Source: Octopus sinensis (lineage: Eukaryota). From it: 16,290 nt of DNA. The notes below the pieces were generated by a model that was not told where the DNA came from, did no database searches, and saw nothing but the letters and a program-made list of their open reading frames with translations. This document shows positions 1 through 7,980 of this stretch, piece by piece; the first letter of the stretch is position 1; each line of letters opens with the position of its first letter. The translations under genes were made by a program, and so were the position numbers. The stretch lies in the NCBI RefSeq assembly GCF_006345805.1, contig NW_021825222.1, forward strand, positions 1 through 16,290, given 5' to 3'.

Positions 1-349
1 TGTACAGGATCCGGTTTGAATTCAAAATGAAAGGAATTAAAACTGATTAACCTCAAGTGTCAAAATTTGGATGGAACAGTGTCATGCAAGGAGCACATCC
101 TATCACACACACACATTGATATATATATATATGTTTGTTGAAATGGAAAGATGAATTATCTTGTTACGGATTATTCAAAAGTTTAACCGATACCTGGGTA
201 GCAAAAATCACACCAGAAAAAAACACGGTTGGAGATAAGACCATATGGTGTTGCAACCATGCGTTGGTGCGGATAATTGAAGTTTAAAATAATTAGTGAA
301 TGGAAGAAATGGAGTTGAGCGAAGATTGTACAGAATTCCTTTTATTACA

Positions 350-429
350 TTCTACACATGTTTCAAAGGCCACAATTTTCCAAATTCTGATTAAATAAGG
401 ATACCATATTGCAGCTTTCTCTTCAGGAA
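350..429 (-). ncRNA. Type I hammerhead ribozyme motif HHR-1 (GUA cleavage triplet)
   Basis: Minus strand reads TTC-CTGAAGA-GAAAGCTGCAAT...ATTGTGGCCTTT-GAAAC-ATGT-GTA-GAA: full core, 12-position helix II, 2-bp helix III with a self-complementary loop, 3-bp helix I. Confidence 0.75.
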
Positions 430-781
430 AAACCAGGAATTACGTTGTCAGAACAAAACAAAACAGAGGCGCAGCAAAGCAATTCGAACGAGGACGCTCC
501 TTAAGAGCCAATGGGTAAAATGTTTATCAATGTACGTTGAAATCGGGGGGTTGGTGGGGGCCGACAAAGGGTCCGTTGGAATAAATCCAGGTCACCTACT
601 AGATCTGACCGCGGCCTGACCTGGATTTATTCCAATGGACCCTTTGTCGGCCCCCACCAACCCCCCGATTTCAACGTATATTGATAAACATTTTACCCAT
701 GGGCTCTTAAGGAGCGTCCTCGTTCGAATTGCTTTGCTGCGCCTCTGTTTTGTTTTGTTCTGACAACGTAATTCCTGATTT

Positions 782-861
782 TTCCTGAAGAGAAAGCTGC
801 AATATGGTATCCTTATTTAATCAGAATTTGGAAAATTGTGGCCTTTGAAACATGTGTTGAA
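782..861 (+). ncRNA. Type I hammerhead ribozyme motif HHR-2 (GUU triplet; inverted copy of HHR-1)
   Basis: TTC-CTGAAGA(785-791)-helix II(792-803/835-846)-GAAAC-ATGT-GTT-GAA. Differs from HHR-1 only at position 17 (858). Confidence 0.65.
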
Positions 862-919
862 TGTAATAAAAGGAATTCTGTACAATCTTCGCTCAACTCC
901 ATTTCTTCCATTCACTAAT

Positions 920-951
<32 letters not shown>

Positions 952-1015
952 TAGATACATAACATACAAACACACACATACACACACACACACAAGTACA
1001 CACAAACACACACAC

Positions 1016-1057
<42 letters not shown>

Positions 1058-1376
1058 ATGAATGAATTATTCTTTGTTTACCGTTAACATGGAAAATTCA
1101 ATAAACGGTTACCAGGGTAGCAACATTCACGCAAGTAACAAGGATGTAACGACCTATTCAAAGGTAGAGACTCCGGGTTAATGTGCAGTAATTTGTGTAG
1201 TATAAGTAAATAAATGGAGTTGAATGCAGATGTTATTCGAATTCTTTTATATTCGACATATGTTTCAAAGACAACATTGGTTTTATTCCAAAGGAATAAA
1301 CGGTGTAAAATAATGCAATCTTCTCATCAGGAAAGAAAGAGAACCTATCTCAACAACAAGACATTGTATTTACTTA
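1058..1376 (-). mobile_element. Hammerhead-containing repeat E3 (non-palindromic relative of E1)
   Basis: 7 substitutions plus a 3-nt indel versus 11257-11572. Shares with E1/E2 the blocks TCAACTCCATTT, TGCTACCC(A/T)GGTA and AACAA..ATAATTCAT downstream of the ribozyme. Confidence 0.7.
1252..1333 (-). ncRNA. Type I hammerhead ribozyme motif HHR-3 (GUC triplet)
   Basis: Minus strand reads TTC-CTGATGA-GAAGATTGCATT...AATGTTGTCTTT-GAAAC-ATAT-GTC-GAA: canonical core, perfect ACATATGT palindrome in helix III, extra hairpin TTTATTCC/GGAATAAA in loop II. Confidence 0.85.
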
Positions 1377-1400
1377 CATATATATATATATGTATATATA

Positions 1401-1671
1401 TAGTGAATTGAAGAAATGGAGTTGAACGAAGATTGAACAGAAATCGTTTTATTTCAGAATGAAATAAAACGATTTCTGTTCAATCTTCGTTCAACTCCAT
1501 TTCTTCAATTCACTAATAATATTAAAATTCAATTATCCGCAGCAACGCACGGTTGCAACACCATATGGTTGTACCTCCAACCGTGCTGTCTTCTGCTGTG
1601 ATTTTTGCTACCAAGGTATCGGTTTTAAACTTTGATTAATCTGCAACAAGATTATTCATCTTTCTATTTCA
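1401..1671 (+). mobile_element. Fold-back element E2: perfect 56-bp palindrome (1401-1456 / 1460-1515, loop GAA) plus tail 1516-1671
   Basis: Arms are exact reverse complements. 1457-1671 aligns with the sequence downstream of the hammerhead in E1 (roughly 80-85% by eye). Flanked by (TA)n. Confidence 0.75.
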
Positions 1672-1679
1672 CATAATAC

Positions 1680-1743
1680 GTATATATATATATATATATT
1701 TAAAAAAACCATTACGGTTGAAGAATATATAGTATATATATAG

Positions 1744-1781
<38 letters not shown>

Positions 1782-1829
1782 TATATATATAATATATATA
1801 TATATCTATATATATATATATATATATAT

Positions 1830-1872
<43 letters not shown>

Positions 1873-1917
1873 TATATATATATAGATATATATTATACAT
1901 GTATATATATTATATAT

Positions 1918-1981
<64 letters not shown>

Positions 1982-2004
1982 TATATATATATATATATAT
2001 ATTA
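1680..2004. repeat. Imperfect (TA)n microsatellite
   Basis: Directly visible. Similar tracts at about 921-1055, 2324-2430, 3550-3780, 3860-4150, 4305-4385, 5270-5340, 6915-7130, 7262-7435, 7815-7890, 13265-13370, 13438-13490. Confidence 0.95.
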
Positions 2005-2169
2005 TAAAATGAGATAGGGGTTGAAAATTCAACCCACCATGGGATAATATATATCCAATATACTGCTAGATAGGTACCCAACAAAATTAATACATAGATG
2101 TAAAATTGTCAAACAATCAGTTATCTATTTGTATTATATGGGTAAAGGTAATAATATTACCGTAAATTA

Positions 2170-2321
2170 ATACTACAAAATTAGAGAATGGAGAAACATA
2201 CTTAAATCAGTAAAAATCATCAACTATCCGATGATACTCATCCATAAGTATGGATTGAGTATCATCGGATAGTTGATGTTTTACTGATTTAAGTATGTTT
2301 CTCCATTCTCTAATTTTGTAG

Positions 2322-2324
<3 letters not shown>
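2170..2324. repeat. ~155-bp near-perfect palindrome
   Basis: ATACTACAAAATTAGAG...TCCATA-AG-TATGGA...CTCTAATTTTGTAGTAT; only two small indels between arms. Confidence 0.9.
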
Positions 2325-2354
<30 letters not shown>

Positions 2355-2430
2355 GTATATATATGTATATATATATATATATAATATATATATATATGTA
2401 TATATATATGTATATATATGTATATATATA

Positions 2431-3546
2431 TCATCATCATCATCATCATTTAACGTCCACTTTCCATGCTAGCATGGGTTGGACGGTTCAACTGGGGTCT
2501 GGGGAGCCCAAAGGCTGCACCAGGCCAGTCAGATCTGGCAGTGTTTCTACAGCTGGATGCCCTTCCTAACGCCAACCACTCCGAGAGTGTAGTGGGTGAT
2601 TTTATGTGCCACCGACACAGGTGCCAGACGAGGCTGGTGAACGGCCACGCTCGGATGGTATTTCTTATGTGCCACCGACACAGGTGCCAGACGAGGCTGA
2701 CAGACGGCCACGCTCGGATGGTGTTTTTATGTGCCACCGACACAGATGCCAGATGAGGCTGACGAACGGCCACGATCGGATGGTGTTTGTTATGTGCCCA
2801 CAGCATGAAGGCCAGTCGATGCGGTACTGGCTACGGCCACGTTCGAATGGTTTTCTTATGTGCCACCGGCACTGGTACCACAAAGATACAAATTCCATTG
2901 ATGTTCATCTATTTTGTTTTGATTTGATTTTCACTTGCCTCAACAGGTCTTCACAAGTGTCACAAGAAGGAAGGTATACACAGGTGGACTGACTACGTCC
3001 CAGGTAGGGGCCACGGGTTATGGCCTGACTAGTCTTGCCGGGTCTTCGGATGGTGTTTTTATATGCCACCGACACAGGTGCCTAGTCTTGCCGGGTCTTC
3101 GGATGGTGTTTTTATGTGCCACCGACACAGGTGCCAGATGAGGTTGGTGAACGGCCACGATCAGATGGTGTTTGTTACGTGCCCACAGCACGGAGGCCAG
3201 TCGATGCGGTACTGGCTACGGCCACGTTCGGATGGTTTTCTTGTGTGCCACCGGCACTGGTACCACAAAGATACAAATTCCATTGATGTTCATCTATTTT
3301 GATTTGTTTTGATTTGATTTTCACTTGTCTCAACAGGTTCACAAGTGTCACAAGAAGGAAGGTATACACAGGTGGACTGACTACGTCCCAGGTAGGGGCC
3401 ACGGGTTATGGCCTGACTAGTCTTGCCAGGTCTTCGGATGTTTTTTATGTGCCACCGACACAGGTGCCAGATGAGGCTGGCGAACGGCCACGATCGGATG
3501 GTGTTTGTTATGTGCCCACAGCACGGAGGCCAGTCGATGTGGTACT
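2431..3546 (-). mobile_element. RTE-clade LINE 3' end, with tandemly multimerised 3' UTR
   Basis: (CAT)n at 2431, CCATGCTAGCATGG at 2464-2477 and GGATGCCCTTCCTAACGCCAACC match the reverse complement of 13120-13265. The segments near 3000-3050 and 3390-3440 match the ORF-end/UTR junction at 12525-12600. Confidence 0.85.
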
Positions 3547-3550
3547 CTAC

Positions 3551-3607
<57 letters not shown>

Positions 3608-3652
3608 ATGTATACATATATATATATATATATATATGTATACATATATATA

Positions 3653-3694
<42 letters not shown>

Positions 3695-4008
3695 GTATAT
3701 GCATATCTATATGTATATATATATATATATAGTATATATGTATATATATGTAAATATATATACATATATATATATATATATTTAAATTACAAACTGGGAG
3801 AAGAATACAAAACATTTAGAAGATGATACAAAAAACACAGATGGGACATTTGAAGCCTATATATGTATATATATATGTGTGTCATATATATATATATATA
3901 TACATATCATATCATCATCAAACGATGATGATGATGATATGTATATATATATATGTATATATATATATGTATAATATATACATATATATATATATGTATA
4001 TTATATAT

Positions 4009-4084
<76 letters not shown>

Positions 4085-4439
4085 TTATATATATAGATAT
4101 ATATATATTATATATATTATATATCTATATATATATATATAATAGATATTATAATGCTGCTGCCATAATCCTTGCTTTCATTTCATCTTTAGGGTTACAG
4201 GAATTTCGTAAGGGGAACTAGATGATTATGAGGAAAAACACCCACCCCTAGGACCAGTGGATCTTGTTTCAAATCTCAGGCACGTTCAAGCTAGACTCCA
4301 CCCCCATATATATATATTATATAATATATGTTATATATATATATGTATATATATATATTATATATATATATGTATATATATATGACAAGAAATAATTTCT
4401 GTCTCCTTTTTATGGAAACAAAGGGATTATAGGACTACA

Positions 4440-4810
4440 AAAAAGAAGTGCTCAAATGTAACTGAGACAGAGATAAAGAAACATTGATCATAAAACAAAC
4501 ATCAAATTCGAGTGAATGACTTTATATATAAAACATTTGATCATATATAAATATTACCATGGCTCTTAAACATATAAATTATACATATATAAAAAAACTT
4601 TGAAGGTAAAAAATATATATGCGAAAAGAAGCCAGGTATATACAACGGTCTATCAAGAAGGTATATACAATTGGCTAAAAATTCTATTGTGTGTCATGCC
4701 ACTAAAAATGCAAATCAAATAAAAGAAAATATCAATCAACTAAAAAATTTTTTTCTTACTCCTCTCGAACGAAAGAGTACATCAAAAAAAGTTCAGGTCA
4801 TAAAAACCAT
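4440..4810 (+). pseudogene. Decayed GIY-YIG endonuclease-like fragment, possibly from a Penelope-like element
   Basis: Frameshifted peptides VTETEIKK / DHKTNIKFE / YNGLSRR / KFR-HKN recall the C-terminal half of Penelope-like GIY-YIG domains (TETEFKxR..HKTSF, YN..SKRC, KCRHKN). Matched from memory only; heavily disrupted. Confidence 0.45.
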
Positions 4811-4973
4811 GGTAGGTTAGAGTCCAGGATTGAAAAGAGTTCCACAAAATCAAGTGAAACACACCTATGGCCATTTTAGGAGTTCATTGCTGCGATTCAA
4901 TTACGAGTTAAGGCACATCTCGACAATGACCCCCACATCAGTATGAACAGGAAACTCAAAAAATTATTTGTTC

Positions 4974-5270
4974 AGCTGGAAAACTTGGAGAATGGTTACA
5001 TGACTTTCTGAAAGACAGAAGTCAGGCAGTGGTAGCCAGTGGTACCACCTCAATGGAACCACAAATAGTGAGTGGTGTTCCACAGGGCACTGTCTTAGGG
5101 CCACTGATTTTCATAGTGGCCCTCTCAGATATGCTCTCCGCTGCCCTGATACCCTTGCTAGCTACGGAGACATGTAAACCTCGCAGAAAATACAGAACCC
5201 CAGCAATATTGAATGCCTGCAGCTGTAGCTGGATGCAATTTACAGATGGTCTGAGGGCAATAATATGCAT
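4974..5270 (+). pseudogene. Non-LTR reverse transcriptase fragment (CR1/Jockey group)
   Basis: AGKLGEWLHDFLKDRSQAVV...SGVPQGTVLGPLIFIVALSDM, then frameshifted LDAIYRWSEGNNM. It begins with AGCTGGAAAACT, the sequence at which the LINE at the right edge is cut off. Confidence 0.85.
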
Positions 5271-5340
5271 GTATGAATATATATATATATATATATAATA
5301 TATATGCATATATATATATATGCATATATATATATATATA

Positions 5341-6238
5341 GGCCTCACTGAGGAAATGACCAGAGACCGAGACCTTTGGAAATATTCTGTACGTGAGAAG
5401 ACCAGGCAGGACAAGTGAGCCCAGCCCACTTATGAATGCCTTCCCTCCCTTGGACACAAAGACTGGTTGAGGCAAGCGAAGTCGATATAGAACCTCATCC
5501 GACGACAGACACCCATGCCAACCCCCCATGCTTGCGAAGACATGTTGGGGCAAGCGAAATCGAAATCGAAACCGAATTGAACCAGCCAGGATCCCTGGCC
5601 TGGTGGTACGTAAAAAGCACTATCCAACTCGTGGCCGTGGCACGTAAAATGCTCCAATGCTACCATACGACAGGCACCCATGCCAACCCCCTTTGTGCTT
5701 GAAGACATGTTGGGGCAAGCGAAATCGAAATCGAATTGAACCAGCCAGGATCCCTGGTCTGGTGGTACGTAAAAAGCACTATCCAACTCGTGGCCGTGGC
5801 ACGTAAAATACTCCAATGCGACCGTACGACAGGCACCCTTGCCACCCCCTTTGCTTGTGAAGACATGTTGGGGCAAGCGAAATCGAAATCGAATTGAACC
5901 AGCCAGGATCCCTGGTCTGGTGGTACGTAAAAACACTATCCGACTCGTGGCCGATGCCAGCACCGCCTCGACTGGCTTCCGTGCCGGTGGCACATAAATA
6001 CACCAATCTGACCGTGGCCGTTGCCAGCCCCGCCTGGCACCTGTGCAGGTGGCACGTAAAAAGCACCCACTACACTCACGGAGTGGTTGGCGTTAGGAAG
6101 GGCATCCAGCTGTAGAAACATTGCCAAATTAGACTGGAGCCTGGTGCAGCCTTCTGGCTTCCCAGATCCCTGGTCGAACCGTCCAACCCATGCTAGCATG
6201 GAGAACGGACGTTAAACGACGATGATGATGATGATGAT
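5341..6238 (+). mobile_element. 5'-truncated RTE-clade LINE (ORF end, 3' UTR, (GAT)n tail)
   Basis: 5341-5420 encodes GLTEEMTRDRDLWKYSVREKTRQD, near-identical to the end of ORF 11650-12543. Carries the conserved terminal block and (GAT)n at 6221-6238. Confidence 0.9.
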
Positions 6239-6247
6239 ATGAGGGCA

Positions 6248-6653
6248 ATAATTGTAGTAAGCAGGAAGTAAGTCTTCTCAGCCAATAAGGCTATTCATTG
6301 TGTTTTTCATGGAATTATATTTATCTATACAATCCATCTTACTTTTATTAAGTAGTAAAAGATAAAATATTATATATATATGACAAGATTTAAGATGAGA
6401 AAATGTTTTATTTACCTTGAATCAGAAGTTTTCAGTTGGATAAGTTTGAGTTTAAAGATTTTCAGCTGAGTAAGTTTGTTCGGAGGCATAAATTTAGAGA
6501 TATGAATCTTCAAGTTTTCTCGTTGGTATGAACAAACAGATTTAAGATTCATCGGTTTATATAATTGTAGTAAACAGGAAGTAAGTGTTCTCAGCCGATA
6601 AGGCTATTCATTGTGTTTTCTGAGGAATTTTATTTATATATACATTCTATCTT
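6248..6653. repeat. Pair of diverged ~93-bp direct repeats (6248-6340, 6561-6653)
   Basis: ATAATTGTAGTAA(G/A)CAGGAAGTAAGT(C/G)TTCTCAGCC(A/G)ATAAGGCTATTCATTGTGTTTT occurs twice, 313 bp apart. Confidence 0.85.
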
Positions 6654-6796
6654 CCTGTTATTACATTAACTGAATATCAAGTCACTCCTTAACTGACCTG
6701 AATTTCTGTGACCTTGGATGTTGTTTACAACTTATCCTTTCAAAGTGTAATTCAATTCATTTAGTATTTTTTGAAAAACTCTGTGCATGTACGTGT

Positions 6797-6849
6797 CATC
6801 ATCATCATCATCGTTTAGCGTCCGCTTTCCATGCTAGCATGGGTTGGAC
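6797..6849 (-). mobile_element. Extremely 5'-truncated RTE 3' tip
   Basis: (CAT)n-CGTTTAGCGTCCGCTTTCCATGCTAGCATGGGTTGGAC is the reverse complement of 13214-13265 apart from about one substitution. Confidence 0.9.
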
Positions 6850-6995
6850 TTGTCTTTATTCTAATCTTAGGTCACCCTTTTGTGTGAATTTAGAAAAATA
6901 TGTAAAACCTAAATACATATACGCCCACATACATACATACATTCATATAATATATATATGTATGTACATACATACATACATTTAATGTATTTAAC

Positions 6996-7041
<46 letters not shown>

Positions 7042-7058
7042 AATATATAGATATATAT

Positions 7059-7129
<71 letters not shown>

Positions 7130-7283
7130 GTAAACAGTAAAATAAATCAGACATGGACAAGAACATAAACAACACAGAGACGACACAAGAACCACAGGAC
7201 GGGACATCGAAGCCCTCAGTCATCAGTCAAGAACCAGATATCTTAGCATTTCGGCTGATAATCTTGAATATATATATAAATAT

Positions 7284-7318
<35 letters not shown>

Positions 7319-7664
7319 AATAATATATATATGTATGTATAATGTATGTAAATATATATATATAAATATATATATGTATGTATGTATATATGTATGTATA
7401 TATATATATATATAAATATATATGTATACATATAATTAGGGGATATGTTAGCCTTTGGAAGGGATAGATGTATTCAAGGAAAAACTGATTCAATACTTAG
7501 AATTTGGGGGGAATGAAATTCCCTTAAAACATTAGATCTATATTAAGCATATATATTATATATAGATCTTACTAAGCACATGGTTTATATTCATTTAAAA
7601 GAAATAAAGAAATTAGAGATAAGGAATTTAATACTTTTTGTTATCAAAATGGCCATCTTTGCTG

Positions 7665-7745
7665 CTTACAGCTATTTCAAGAAATTATTACAAATTTATA
7701 CATTAAATTTACATTTATGTGACATGAGTATAATTTCATCAGAGT
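7665..7745 (-). ncRNA. Degenerate type I hammerhead motif HHR-5
   Basis: Minus strand reads CT-CTGATGA-AATTAT...ATAATTTCTT-GAAAT-AGCT-GTA-AG. Core and self-complementary helix III are present, but helix II is out of register, as if a few nt were deleted. Confidence 0.45.
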
Positions 7746-7827
7746 GAAAACATATTCTTTTGGATGTTATGAGCATCGATCTTCTTTACTTTTCTTCTTT
7801 TCATTGGATATAAACTATATACATACA

Positions 7828-7879
<52 letters not shown>

Positions 7880-7980
7880 AGTGTATATAATTCTTTTCGA
7901 AAAAAAAAATATTTTCTCGAAAAAAATTTTATCAATGGCCAGCATATTAAAAAATACCTTTAAAGGTTAAATTTATAAAC

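Larger units (their letters stand above)
139..922 (-). mobile_element. Fold-back hammerhead element E1: 306-bp inverted repeat (289-594 / 617-922) plus a one-sided ~150-bp tail (139-288); putative non-autonomous Penelope-like element
   Basis: Arms are reverse complements with 5 mismatches (pairs 353/858, 433/778, 510/701, 532/679, 575/636) around a 22-nt spacer. Each arm carries a hammerhead motif. The tail is homologous to 1516-1671 in inverted orientation. Flanked by (TA)n. The Penelope-like assignment is inferred. Confidence 0.75.

Noticed and set aside
545-560. G-rich run as a possible G-quadruplex
   Set aside because: Only two long G-tracts and one GG; weak, and it would compete with the palindrome pairing.
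2339-3826. Overlapping Cys/His/Arg-rich ORFs (MCHRHRC...), also 5430-6199 and 12703-13219
   Set aside because: Stop-poor readings of the GC-rich RTE UTR repeats on both strands; no domain recognisable.
6416-6551. Minus-strand open stretch ending at a GTAAAT donor-like site with NKLTQL/KLIQL, vaguely LRR-like
   Set aside because: Too short, no convincing acceptor or LRR consensus; cannot be supported as an exon.
836-7945. Many ORFs rich in IY/YI/HT repeats
   Set aside because: These are translations of (TA)n and (CA)n microsatellites.
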